Shown piece by piece: positions 17,150-26,037 of a stretch of 57,195 nt of DNA. The position numbers and the translations under genes were made by a program. The stretch is from a virus (lineage: Duplodnaviria; Caudoviricetes). The notes under the pieces are model-generated. The model worked only from the letters and a program-made list of their open reading frames with translations. It had not been told where the DNA came from and ran no database searches. The stretch covers positions 1 to 57,195 of the IMG/VR virus record IMGVR_UViG_3300021560_000003, one strand, 5' to 3'. The first letter of the stretch is position 1. Each line of letters starts with the position of its first letter.

Positions 17150-17528
17150 CGGGCTTCTCCTGCAAAGGATCGGAACGATGGGCGACGCGCGGTGGTGCAT
17201 GATCGATGTTCGCGGCGAGGTCGTCGCCGACGGCGTTGTCGATCCCAATGCCGAGTGGGCGGAGAACGTCGCGGCGCACCGAACCGTCGCCGAGGACCTT
17301 ATTGCTGCCGGCCGCGCCGCAGTTTTGGTCAGCACGATCTTTCTCGGGCTCTGGCTGGGAGGGCAGCCCGGCCGCCCCGAGTGGTGCTTTGAGTCCAAGG
17401 TCTTTGGCGGCGGCGGCGCCGGCGACGAGCTCGACGGCCGGCGATACGCCACGCTCGCGGACGCCCGGGCTGGCCACGCCGAGCTCGTGCGCCATTGGTC
17501 GGCGAAGCTCGGCGGCGGCGAGGCATGA
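17139..17528 (+). CDS. Conserved hypothetical phage protein
   Basis: VSTIFLG....FES.VFGG....RY.T..DA.AGH pattern; GGAGG RBS. Confidence 0.7.
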   Translation: MNASGLLLQRIGTMGDARWCMIDVRGEVVADGVVDPNAEWAENVAAHRTVAEDLIAAGRAAVLVSTIFLGLWLGGQPGRPEWCFESKVFGGGGAGDELDGRRYATLADARAGHAELVRHWSAKLGGGEA

Positions 17529-17662
17529 ATCTGCGGCGACGGTCTCGGGCATGTCTCGCACAGTGCCGCGTGGCCCGCGATGTGGTGCCCGAGATACCCC
17601 GCCGCAGGTAGAGGCGAAGCTGCTGCCATCGGCGCCGATTACAGAAAGCAGCGGAGGCGAAA

Positions 17663-18028
17663 ATGGCTGACGATGCCGAGCTCCGCGAGGTGGTCGCGTG
17701 GGCGATGTTCCGAGTCGGGCAAGCCGGCGGCGTCTGGACGTGGGACGAGCTCCCCGAGACCGGCTACTCGATCCCGCCGAGCAAGGGGGAATACCGCGCG
17801 ATGGCCGACGCCGCGATCGCGGTCCTCCGGCAGCGCCCCGCCAACCCCGATAATCCCGTCCTGACGCTCGAGGCGGTCTTGGCGCAGATGCTGGCTAACG
17901 ACGAGCTGATGCTGGAGGCGCTGGCGCGGCAGCCGGGAACGCCGCCGGGGTTGGTGGACAAATTGGAGCGCCGCGCGCAAAGCGTGGGAAATCTGTGGGA
18001 AAACCCGCGAGAGCCGCGGAAAGACTAG
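17663..18028 (+). CDS. Hypothetical protein
   Basis: GGAGG RBS; ends just before attP. Confidence 0.65.
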   Translation: MADDAELREVVAWAMFRVGQAGGVWTWDELPETGYSIPPSKGEYRAMADAAIAVLRQRPANPDNPVLTLEAVLAQMLANDELMLEALARQPGTPPGLVDKLERRAQSVGNLWENPREPRKD

Positions 18029-18234
18029 CCCCCGCGCTGCCCTCCGAAGGCAGAGGTCGTGAGTTCGAATCTCGCCGGGTGCGCCATCGTAAAGGCTAGG
18101 AAATGCGCGGAATTGCTAGGGGTTCGGTAGTTAACGGCGAGCGGTCGGAAGTGGACAAAGCAGGACCGCATTCCCACCAAAAGGTCGGTGGGAGACCTAA
18201 AGATAGGGTTAATTCGTGGGAAATCCGTGGGAGA
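17984..18234. promoter_or_regulatory. Integrase arm-type sites flanking attP
   Basis: GTGGGAAATCTGTGGGAAA (17984), TTCCCAC (18171), GTGGGAGA (18188), GTGGGAAATCCGTGGGAGA (18216). Confidence 0.7.
18034..18086 (+). other. attP core: 3' portion of tRNA-Arg(CCG)
   Basis: Anticodon arm CTGCC-CTCCGAA-GGCAG, T arm GTGAG-TTCGAAT-CTCGC, 3' acceptor strand and CCA; 5' half absent. Confidence 0.9.
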
Positions 18235-18278
18235 GGCCGAGCGCTGCCCCCCGCGGGCAGCGCGCGCGGTGTACCGCG

Positions 18279-18638
18279 ATGACCGCGTGGCTGACGTGGC
18301 GGCTGGTGCCGCCTGGCCCCGAAAATAACAGCCGCTTCTGGTGGGTGGTCGTCAACCTGCCCGGCGGGCGCCGGGTCAAAGCATCGAGCAAGGCGTCGCG
18401 CAAAAACGACGCGCATTCGTTCGCCGAAGAATTTGTCGCCGAGCTCGCCCTCGGGCGCAGCCCGGCGGATGCGCGGCGCCGAATCGCCGAGGCCGGCGCG
18501 CGCCGGCGGGCCGCGGCGCAGGCCGAGGTGGCGGCGGCGCTGGCGCGCCTGCCGCCGCTCCTGCCGCAGAGCGTGCGGCGGGGGCTGCCGGTGATTTCGC
18601 TCGACCTCGAGCGGCGGCAAAAGGGGAGGGGGCGTTAA
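18279..18638 (+). CDS. Integrase arm-binding-domain-like protein with Xis-like C-terminal motif
   Basis: N-terminus aligns by eye with the N-terminus of this phage's Int; C-terminus RGLPVISLDLERR matches Xis RGQPVVALDLERK. Confidence 0.65.
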   Translation: MTAWLTWRLVPPGPENNSRFWWVVVNLPGGRRVKASSKASRKNDAHSFAEEFVAELALGRSPADARRRIAEAGARRRAAAQAEVAAALARLPPLLPQSVRRGLPVISLDLERRQKGRGR

Positions 18639-18902
18639 ATCGCGCGTGCCGGCCGCGCCGGGCGCGCGCTAGGGGGCAGAAGGGGATTTCGGCGGGGGAA
18701 GGGCGGCCCGGCAAAACAGGCGCGCTAGCGGCCGCCACAGGGGCGGGGCGAGCGGGGCCGGCGTTTCCCTAAGACGGCTCTCGGCAGGATCCGCGCCGGC
18801 CCGCCGTCAGCGTGCGCGCACCCGGAGCGCTAGGTTGGGTTGCGTCGCCGACACGGTGCATTTAACCATGTCGCCGGGGCGCGGCGAAAGGAGTTCTCAG
18901 AG

Positions 18903-19274
18903 ATGGCGACATTTGCGAATTTGCAGACGCTGGTGAAAAACCTCGTGACCGGCACGAGGGCGCTGCAAAAGGAGGCCGAGGCCTTGGCCGGCACCGGCGG
19001 CGCGGCGGGGCGCCAGCGCGGCCGCCCGCGCAAGACCGAGGGCACTGATACCCGAGCCAACCGAGCGGCACCGGCCGAGGGGCCGACGCTGGCGCAACTG
19101 CCCGGCCTGATCCGCGAGCGCTACCCGAACGGCGCAACCCCCGACGAGGTTATCGGCCTGATGGGCTGGAAGAAGGGGGCGCCGATGTCGAATATCCAGC
19201 GACAGCTGGTGGCCAAAGGCCTGCTGACTAAGACCGGCGACCGGGCGAACACCCGTTACCGCGCGGCCGCCTAG
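18903..19274 (+). CDS. AT-hook + winged-helix DNA-binding protein
   Basis: AAAGGAG RBS; N-terminal helix, RGRPRK AT-hook, C-terminal LV.KG.LTKTG.RANTRY wing. Confidence 0.75.
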   Translation: MATFANLQTLVKNLVTGTRALQKEAEALAGTGGAAGRQRGRPRKTEGTDTRANRAAPAEGPTLAQLPGLIRERYPNGATPDEVIGLMGWKKGAPMSNIQRQLVAKGLLTKTGDRANTRYRAAA

Positions 19275-19444
19275 TGCATTAGCAGCGCGGCCAGGCCAAG
19301 CCCGGCGAGCATCATCACCACGACGGCGGCGGCGAATTTGACCAGGTCGACGGCGGCGTTGACGACGGTGATCAGCGCCGCCAGCGCGGCCGAGCCGCGC
19401 GGCGCGTTCGGGGATTCGGGAAAGGACACGATCTCGGCGCTCAT
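19271..19444 (-). CDS. Small membrane protein at the end of the lysis cassette
   Basis: Manual translation MSAEIVSFPES...LVKFAAAVVVMMLAGLGLAALLMH; ATGA-coupled. Confidence 0.6.
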   Translation of the reverse strand: MSAEIVSFPESPNAPRGSAALAALITVVNAAVDLVKFAAAVVVMMLAGLGLAALLMH

Positions 19445-19872
19445 TGAGGTGATCCGTTGGGCGAGACGACGATGGTGATCTTGCTGATCGGCGTGCCGAT
19501 CGCGACGAGCACGGTCGGGCTCAGCGCCGGGTTGGGAGCGAATTCGACCGGGATCGAGTAGTTGCCGGCCGCCGCGCCCTGCGGCGCCGACAGCAGCCAG
19601 CCGGCCCCGTCCTCCTGCACGCCGATCATCGCGCCGGCGGGTACCAACCAGCTAAAAAGCCGCGGCTCAAGGCGGCGGCCGCCTTGGTCGTCGGCCTCGA
19701 CGTGCACCGGGCCGCCGCCCGGTACCAGCCCGATCATTGCGGGCGTCGCCCCAACGGTGATCGCCGGCGCCGCTACGGTGATCGCCGGCGGCTTGGCGGA
19801 CCCGGCCCAGCCATAGGGAGCGGCCGCCGCCGCGAGCGCGGCGAGAAGGGCGGCGCGGAAAAGCGGGCTCAC
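19441..19872 (-). CDS. Secreted beta-rich protein
   Basis: GTGA-coupled to endolysin; signal peptide (M)SPLFRAALLAALAAAAAPYGWA. Confidence 0.65.
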   Translation of the reverse strand: MSPLFRAALLAALAAAAAPYGWAGSAKPPAITVAAPAITVGATPAMIGLVPGGGPVHVEADDQGGRRLEPRLFSWLVPAGAMIGVQEDGAGWLLSAPQGAAAGNYSIPVEFAPNPALSPTVLVAIGTPISKITIVVSPNGSPQ

Positions 19873-20573
19873 GGCATCCTCGCCCACGCTGTAGATGCTC
19901 GCTGACCCCACCAGAGGTCGATTTCGGCGATCGAGCCGGCGGCGATATAGCTGCGGTCACAAAGCCCGAGCCCGGGCACCGCGACCACGTCGCGCCCGAC
20001 CCGGCCGTTGGTGCATTGCCACATCGTCCATGCCGCCCAGCCGGCCGGACAGACCGGCGCGTCGCCCCACTCGCCGAGCCACAGCGGACAGCGCGCCAGC
20101 GCCGCGCTCGGCAAGCCGGTGGCTTTGCCGTCGGGGCCCCAACGCGAGCCATAATAGATCGGCGGAAAGCCGAGGCGCTCCTCGAGGCGCTGCGCGACCG
20201 CCTCGGCGATCGGAATCGTCACCGAGTCGACTCCATTTCGACTCGGATTCGACTCGCAATCGATCGCGAGCTCGATGCCGCCGAGCGCCCCGACGGTTCG
20301 CAGCAGCCAATCGGCCTGCGGCGCCGGGTCCGTGCCGTCGAGAAAGGCATAGGCGCAGACCCCGAGCCCGGCCGCCGCGGCCGCGGCGCGGCGCTCGGCA
20401 AAGGTCGGGTCGACAAAGCTGGCGCCTTGCGTCGCCTTCAGCGCGACATAGCGGATGCCATAGGCCGCCGCGGCGCCGAAGGCGGCGGCGAGATCATCTT
20501 GCGGGAGCGGGTTCCAATGGCTGAGGTCGGCCAGCGCATAGAACATCGCCGGCGGCCAGTACGGGGCTGTCAT
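19869..20573 (-). CDS. GH25 muramidase endolysin
   Basis: DLSHWN, KATQG..FVDPTF, AYAF, AIDCE, LWL..W, W.MWQ motifs. Confidence 0.9.
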   Translation of the reverse strand: MTAPYWPPAMFYALADLSHWNPLPQDDLAAAFGAAAAYGIRYVALKATQGASFVDPTFAERRAAAAAAGLGVCAYAFLDGTDPAPQADWLLRTVGALGGIELAIDCESNPSRNGVDSVTIPIAEAVAQRLEERLGFPPIYYGSRWGPDGKATGLPSAALARCPLWLGEWGDAPVCPAGWAAWTMWQCTNGRVGRDVVAVPGLGLCDRSYIAAGSIAEIDLWWGQRASTAWARMP

Positions 20574-21655
20574 GGCGCGCCGCTCAGCATCGCCGTCCAT
20601 TGCGCCAGCGCGGCGGCGTTGTGGCGGACCAGCGCGTCGTGCCCGGCCTTGGCGGCGCCGGGGTCGTGCAACAGCGCGACGCCGGCATCGGCGATATCGT
20701 TCGCATCGTCCGAGACGGCCGTCCAGCGCGGCGGCACCCAATCGATCGCGTCGGACGTGACGGACGGCACGCCCTCCGCGACCCCGTCGGCGACGACCAT
20801 GCAAAAGCTCTCGGTGTAGGAGGGCTGCAGCAAGAGGTCCATGTGGCGCACGACGCGGCGGAACTCGGGCCAGGATTGCCAGCCCGAGCGCACCAGTTTC
20901 GCCCCCGGCAAATTGGCGTAGAGCGCCTCAAGGGCGCGCGAGATCGTATCACCGCCGCCCTCGGCGCGACCGGCGCTCGTCCAAAATTCGAGGTCGCTCT
21001 GCAATCGGCTGGCGAGCTCGAGCGCGGCCGCCCCGGCGGTCAGGATGTTTTTGAGCGGCCGCGTCGCGCCAAAGCAGCCGACGCGCAGCGGGCCGCCGCG
21101 GTGGGGTTTGCGCGGCGCCCAATGCGCGGCGCCGAGATCATACATATTCGGCAACAGGCGCATCGGCGTGCGGTAGACGTCGTGCCACCAGTTGACGAGC
21201 TTCTGGTTGTTGGCGCCGATGCGGAAATTGGTCGTGCTGGTCTGCAAGTCGCCGGCCTCGCGCAATAGGCGGACCCCGTTCGGGTCGGCCTGTAGAAAGC
21301 CGACATTGGAGTGGCTGACGACGGTAAAGGCGGTGTCGTGATGCCGGCTGCAAAGCCCGGCCAGGTCGGTGGTCGGGATCCACGGCGCCGAGATCACGAT
21401 ATGGCTGACCGGCGCCATTGCCGCGGCGAGCGCGTGCTGCCGGCTTTGCGCCAGCTTTTCCTCGAGCTCGGCCGCCGAGAGGACTGGCCAGACCTCGGTC
21501 CAATGGCCGGCGCGGTTGAGGATCCGCGCGTTGGTCAGCGCCGTGACCCCGAGCCCGATATGGCTGATGTGCTTGTGCGCGGCGAAATTCTTGTAGCAGA
21601 TCGCGAGGTGCGGCGGGCTCGCCCCCGGCGCAACCATTTGCGGCACATAGCGCAT
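20570..21655 (-). CDS. GT-B (GT4-like) glycosyltransferase
   Basis: VGCFGATRPLKN, MDLLLQPSYTESFCMVVADGVAEGVPSV. Confidence 0.85.
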   Translation of the reverse strand: MRYVPQMVAPGASPPHLAICYKNFAAHKHISHIGLGVTALTNARILNRAGHWTEVWPVLSAAELEEKLAQSRQHALAAAMAPVSHIVISAPWIPTTDLAGLCSRHHDTAFTVVSHSNVGFLQADPNGVRLLREAGDLQTSTTNFRIGANNQKLVNWWHDVYRTPMRLLPNMYDLGAAHWAPRKPHRGGPLRVGCFGATRPLKNILTAGAAALELASRLQSDLEFWTSAGRAEGGGDTISRALEALYANLPGAKLVRSGWQSWPEFRRVVRHMDLLLQPSYTESFCMVVADGVAEGVPSVTSDAIDWVPPRWTAVSDDANDIADAGVALLHDPGAAKAGHDALVRHNAAALAQWTAMLSGAP

Positions 21656-21969
21656 CAGTGAGAGCCCCCAAAAAACGTGCGGGTGACGATCGAGGCGGCG
21701 ATCGCGACAAAGCTGCTGACAATGCTCGCGACGCTGCTGGCGACGCCGGTAGCGCGGTGGTGCGCGGAGGCCTCGGCGCCGGCGATCCGCGCCTGCTCGA
21801 CCTCGACCTCGCCGATGCGCAGGCCGAGCCGGCGATCGTCCTCGACATGCTGGCGAAACGTCTGGTCGAGCGCGTCGAGCCGGTCGAGGATCGCGTTGGC
21901 GGTCCCTTGCAGCCGGCCGAGCTGCTGCAGGACCGGCCCGGGCGGCCCGCCCTCGTCGCGGGCGGTCAT
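21655..21969 (-). CDS. Coiled-coil + C-terminal TM protein (holin/XhlA-like position)
   Basis: Heptad pattern then VASIVSSFVAIAASIV; coupled both sides. Confidence 0.55.
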   Translation of the reverse strand: MTARDEGGPPGPVLQQLGRLQGTANAILDRLDALDQTFRQHVEDDRRLGLRIGEVEVEQARIAGAEASAHHRATGVASSVASIVSSFVAIAASIVTRTFFGGSH

Positions 21970-22163
21970 CGCCGTCTGCCGACAATGCGGATGCCGCGCG
22001 GCCCAAAGCTGAGCGTCTTGGTCTCGCCGGCGACCTGGATGCAGACCTCGCCGGTGTCCTCGTCGGCGGTAATGATCTCGCCGGCGACGTCGGTATAGGT
22101 GTCGGTGCGCACGATTTTCCAGCACCGCTTATGCTCGGCGCTTTGCCAGCTTTCGAGTTTCAT
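21966..22163 (-). CDS. Hypothetical protein
   Basis: AAGG RBS; ATGA overlap. Confidence 0.65.
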   Translation of the reverse strand: MKLESWQSAEHKRCWKIVRTDTYTDVAGEIITADEDTGEVCIQVAGETKTLSFGPRGIRIVGRRR

Positions 22164-22172
22164 CGAATTGCC

Positions 22173-23675
22173 TTAATGCAAGGCGTCGGCGATGCCGATC
22201 CACGAGGCGACGCCGCCCGGCGCCGGCACCGTAAAGGTCGCGCCCGAAAGCGCGGTCGGGCTGATCTCGTAAAAGCCGAGCGCGTTGTTCCAATCGCCAA
22301 AGATGTTTGAGCCGGCGTAGAGGATCGAGGCGTCGATCGTCACCGGGCCGCTGTTATTGTCGAAAATGTGAAACGAGCCCGGCAGACTGGCCAGTGTTGC
22401 GATGCTGAGCACCGGGTTGCTGTAATTGACAAAAAACGCGAACGCGAAATCGGGCGGCGCGCTCGTCGATATGCCGCTGACCTGTACGCTGTTCGGCGAC
22501 GGCGCGACCGCCGTCGGGTTGCCGGCGATCGCCGGCAGTGACGGGTTCGGGTCCCACGGCGCCGCCAGATCGACGCCGCTCACCGCGAAGGCAATAAACA
22601 CCGCAGAGCGCGCGGCACGGTCGAGTTGGACGTCGAAGCTCGCCCCCGACAGAATGCTGCTCGCCGGCGCGCCCCACAGCTCGATATCGGCAGAGGTCGG
22701 GCCGAAAAAGCCTTGCACGGTCTGCTGAAACCGGGCGCGCCGCCCGAACGGCAGCCCGGAAATCGAAAGGACGCTCGCGGGGCCATCGGTGACGCGGTTG
22801 CTGGTCGCGGCGTAGACGACGACGAAATCGTTGGGCTTGGTCGTCGTCAGCGGCCCGACCGTGCCGCTGCCCAATAACGCCGGCGGCCCATCAAACGGTC
22901 GCGGGCCGGGGAAGGTGTCGAAGACGATGCGTCCTGCCGCGGCGCCGTCTGGCGCCAGGATGCCCGGCGGCGGCGGGGGCGGCGGGGGCGGCGGGGGCGG
23001 CGGTGCGATGACCGGCCGCGCGAAGACTTGCTGGCGCAGGCTGACCAGCGTCACCTTGCGGAGCTGGTAGAGCTGTGCGCAAAAATTCTCGAAGGTTTGG
23101 ACGTCGTCGCCCCAGCGCACGACAAAGAAAAACCGCATGTCGACGGTGATCTCGACGCCGCCGGCCGGCGGCGCCGCGAAATCGACAAACTGGCCGCCGC
23201 TTACCGCATAGGCGGCCGAGCCCTGCTTGACGCCGGCGAGATAGACCGCGAGCGGCGCCGCGGTATCGAGCGCGCCGATCGGCTCGGTGATCGTGCCATA
23301 GGCCGGGTCGCCATAGGTGCGCACCAGGCGGAACCGCGTCGTGCTGCCGTCGCCGGTGCCGATGACCTGGCCGGTGACTCGGTCATCGTCGGGATCGCGG
23401 AACAGAAAGCCGCCGAGCTTGCCCTGCTGCGCGAGGAAAAACCCTTCGAGCCGCTTGAGCTCGCTCGGGACAATGCTCTGCCCTGCCCGATCGCGGGCGG
23501 GGTAGTCGCGCAGCACGTCATAGACGAGCTCCCACTCGTAGATCGGCCCGTCGTAATAGCCGACCCGCGCCTCGCGGCCCGAGACATGGTCGCCGAGGCC
23601 GGTCGCGAAATGCGGCCGGCGCAGCATGTCGAACCCGAGCGCCTCGAGCTCGGGATAGATCGGCGCCGCCGCCAT
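22173..23675 (-). CDS. DUF2460 (distal tail-like) domain fused via polyproline to an adhesin-like domain
   Basis: SGREAR..Y..PIYEWEL.YD.LR, GFF....G...F.F.DP.D, GDG.TT.F.L.RTYG; P12 linker. Confidence 0.85.
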   Translation of the reverse strand: MAAAPIYPELEALGFDMLRRPHFATGLGDHVSGREARVGYYDGPIYEWELVYDVLRDYPARDRAGQSIVPSELKRLEGFFLAQQGKLGGFLFRDPDDDRVTGQVIGTGDGSTTRFRLVRTYGDPAYGTITEPIGALDTAAPLAVYLAGVKQGSAAYAVSGGQFVDFAAPPAGGVEITVDMRFFFVVRWGDDVQTFENFCAQLYQLRKVTLVSLRQQVFARPVIAPPPPPPPPPPPPPGILAPDGAAAGRIVFDTFPGPRPFDGPPALLGSGTVGPLTTTKPNDFVVVYAATSNRVTDGPASVLSISGLPFGRRARFQQTVQGFFGPTSADIELWGAPASSILSGASFDVQLDRAARSAVFIAFAVSGVDLAAPWDPNPSLPAIAGNPTAVAPSPNSVQVSGISTSAPPDFAFAFFVNYSNPVLSIATLASLPGSFHIFDNNSGPVTIDASILYAGSNIFGDWNNALGFYEISPTALSGATFTVPAPGGVASWIGIADALH

Positions 23676-23678
23676 GCC

Positions 23679-24500
23679 TCAATTGCCGACCCCGAGCAGC
23701 ATCAGGCCACCACTACCGCCGCTGGCCGGCGGCGCATCTGCCGTCAGCGCGTCTGCGATGGTCACAAATCCAGCCAATCCACTACTGGCTAGCATCCCCG
23801 GCGTGACCCCGCTTTGCGCGGCCGAATATGTATAGCCGGTGGCGCCGCCCCATACCCAATTGACCCCCGACCCTTCGCGGTGATTGACGATATTGCTCGT
23901 CATGGAACTGCAGACGGAAAAATTCGGCAGGCACATGGCCGGCCAGACGGAATTTTGGCAATAACCGAGCGCGATGATCAGCAGATCGTCGGGATTGGTT
24001 GTCGAGATCGCGTTGGTGTCGTGGTTGCCGATCGAGGAGATGGTGGTCTGTTTTGGTAGCGAGGCGTCGGGATCCCACGCGGCCGCCGAGGAATAAACCC
24101 CATGAACGCCAAAGACATTGATCGAGGCGCCATCGACGCTGGCGCCGGTGCTGGCGGTGATCGTCTCGCTCGACAGCGTGCCGGCGGAAAAGGCGTAAAA
24201 GACGGCCAACGACACGAGACAGCCGGCGGCCGGCGTGCTCTGCAATGTCGTCCCGCGTTGCGCGAAAGTCAGATGCGACGAGGTTGGCACGTTGACCGTC
24301 GGGCTCGACCCGCTCGTGTTTTCGGCAAACACGACGACGATCACCTCGTCATTGGTCTGCGTCGTCGTCAGCGATGCGGTACCGCTGGTTGTCCCGCTAA
24401 ATTCGCCCGTCGCGGTGCCGTCGGTACTTGGCGAGGTGGCGAGCGCCGGAACCGCCGCGGCGCATAGCAGCGCGGCGGCGGTAAGAAATTTGCACAGCAC
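23679..24500 (-). CDS. Signal-peptide-bearing adhesin-like protein
   Basis: GTG start overlapping upstream TAG; LTAAALLCAAAVPALA; shares domain with 22173 and 26034 proteins. Confidence 0.75.
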   Translation of the reverse strand: MLCKFLTAAALLCAAAVPALATSPSTDGTATGEFSGTTSGTASLTTTQTNDEVIVVVFAENTSGSSPTVNVPTSSHLTFAQRGTTLQSTPAAGCLVSLAVFYAFSAGTLSSETITASTGASVDGASINVFGVHGVYSSAAAWDPDASLPKQTTISSIGNHDTNAISTTNPDDLLIIALGYCQNSVWPAMCLPNFSVCSSMTSNIVNHREGSGVNWVWGGATGYTYSAAQSGVTPGMLASSGLAGFVTIADALTADAPPASGGSGGLMLLGVGN

Positions 24501-25318
24501 TAGAATTGCGCCCAGGTGATCGTGCCGCCCGTCTGTGCCGTGCCGGAAAACAGGATGCACACATCATTGTTGGCGTCGGGCGTGATGGCGAGGACGCCGA
24601 CGCCGTTGCCCCAGACAAAGCCGCTGTTCGCGGCCAGCTGATCGCCGCGCGCCGCGGTGGCGCCATTGAACAAGCCTTTGGCCCCGGTGTCGCACTCGGT
24701 CGACGATTTGGTGCCCTCGACGATTGCGATATTGATCGCCCCGGCGACCGGCCCGACTTTGATGCCGCAGATGTAGACCTTTTTCGCGCTGACTTTCGAC
24801 ACCAGCTTGATGCTCGTCGAGGCGCCATTGTTGTCAAAGGGCGTCGTGCTCGTGTTGGCGATCGTCTGCCCCGCGCAGCCGCTTTCGGTGAGCCACGCGC
24901 TGGTATTAGTGCCGTTGCCGGTGCTCTGCGTCGCGGCGGCGGTTCCCGAAGAAATGTTGACGTTGACCTTGCTCGAGGCAACAGCGCTGGCGAGCGTCGC
25001 GAGGTTGCCGCCGGTTTCAACCGCGAGCGCCGAGGTGTTGAGGTTGGTCCCGGCGCTGGCGGTGACATTGAGCGGGGTCGTCAGGTTTGGCTGATCGGTG
25101 GCGATGACGATGCGCTGCGTGCCGGCCGATTTGGTGCCGCTGTTCGTGTCGATCGTCGTGCCGTTGAGCTTGTCGAGCTCGAAAAAGCACAGAGCCGATG
25201 ACGATGTGCAGGGGATGTAGGCGGCGATCGCCGGCACCGCGCGCAGCGCATTGCCGAGCAGCATCCCACCGAGCACAAGACCCAGCGCAGCCGCAAAGAT
25301 CCAGCGACTTTTCATCAT
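24500..25318 (-). CDS. Signal-peptide-bearing Thr/Ser-rich protein
   Basis: MMKSRWIFAAALGLVLGGMLLG...AIA; beta-rich C-terminus. Confidence 0.75.
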   Translation of the reverse strand: MMKSRWIFAAALGLVLGGMLLGNALRAVPAIAAYIPCTSSSALCFFELDKLNGTTIDTNSGTKSAGTQRIVIATDQPNLTTPLNVTASAGTNLNTSALAVETGGNLATLASAVASSKVNVNISSGTAAATQSTGNGTNTSAWLTESGCAGQTIANTSTTPFDNNGASTSIKLVSKVSAKKVYICGIKVGPVAGAINIAIVEGTKSSTECDTGAKGLFNGATAARGDQLAANSGFVWGNGVGVLAITPDANNDVCILFSGTAQTGGTITWAQF

Positions 25319-26037
25319 ACGATCATCCAGTTCGACGAGCCGTCGCTGATCATCGGAATCGCGTCCTTATTGTCGGGGAAGCTGTAGGAGGATTGCCCGT
25401 CGATCGTCCCGGCGGCCGGCGTCACGGTGTGCGTGTCGCCATTGCCGAGCGTCGTTTTGAGGATCCACAAATAGCCGGAATTGCCGGCTGCGGCGCCCGG
25501 CAGAGTCGTGCCTTTCGCGCCGGCCGTCGCAGAGGTCCAATAGGTGATCGTCTGCGGGCTCGCCAATGTGACAGTGTGCGAGGTGCCGGTCGTCACGGCG
25601 TCGAGTGCAAAGCCGCCGCCAGCGCCGCCGCCAGTCGCGGCGACCGTGATTGAGCCGTGGCCATTGGTGATCGAGATCCCGCTGCCCGCGGTGATCGTCG
25701 CCTTGCTAAGCCCATTGCCAGAACTATTGCCGATCAGCAACTGGCCGTCTGTGTAGGTTGTCTGGTTAGTGCCGCCGTGGGCTTCCGTGACCGGCGTCGA
25801 TAGGCTGATGGTGCCCGTCGTCGTGATCGGGCCGCCGGTGAGGCCGCTTCCGGTCGCGACGCTCGTGACCGTGCCCGTGCCGCTGATTAAGTGGCCGCCT
25901 GCGGTCGTGCCGTCCTGCAGACGCAAGGCGAGCAGATCCTCGTCGCAAACCAGCTCGCCCATCGGGCCGGTGTAAGCGGCCGGTGTTGGGCTATCGATCG
26001 ACGATGAGCCTCTGCGGAGTTGAACTTTTCGGCTCAA
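25315..26037 (-). CDS. Tail fibre protein with Mtd-type N-terminal domain
   Basis: VQLRRG...YTG..GEL..D....LRLQDG.T.GG; GTVTSV.TG.GLTGGPITTTGTISL; SDGSSNWMI. Confidence 0.8.
   Translation of the reverse strand: MSRKVQLRRGSSSIDSPTPAAYTGPMGELVCDEDLLALRLQDGTTAGGHLISGTGTVTSVATGSGLTGGPITTTGTISLSTPVTEAHGGTNQTTYTDGQLLIGNSSGNGLSKATITAGSGISITNGHGSITVAATGGGAGGGFALDAVTTGTSHTVTLASPQTITYWTSATAGAKGTTLPGAAAGNSGYLWILKTTLGNGDTHTVTPAAGTIDGQSSYSFPDNKDAIPMISDGSSNWMIV

Noticed and set aside
18034-18086. Functional tRNA-Arg gene
   Set aside because: 5' acceptor strand and D arm are missing; better explained as attP
25315-26037. Diversity-generating retroelement suggested by the Mtd-like N-terminus
   Set aside because: No reverse transcriptase and no TR/VR pair differing at adenines seen
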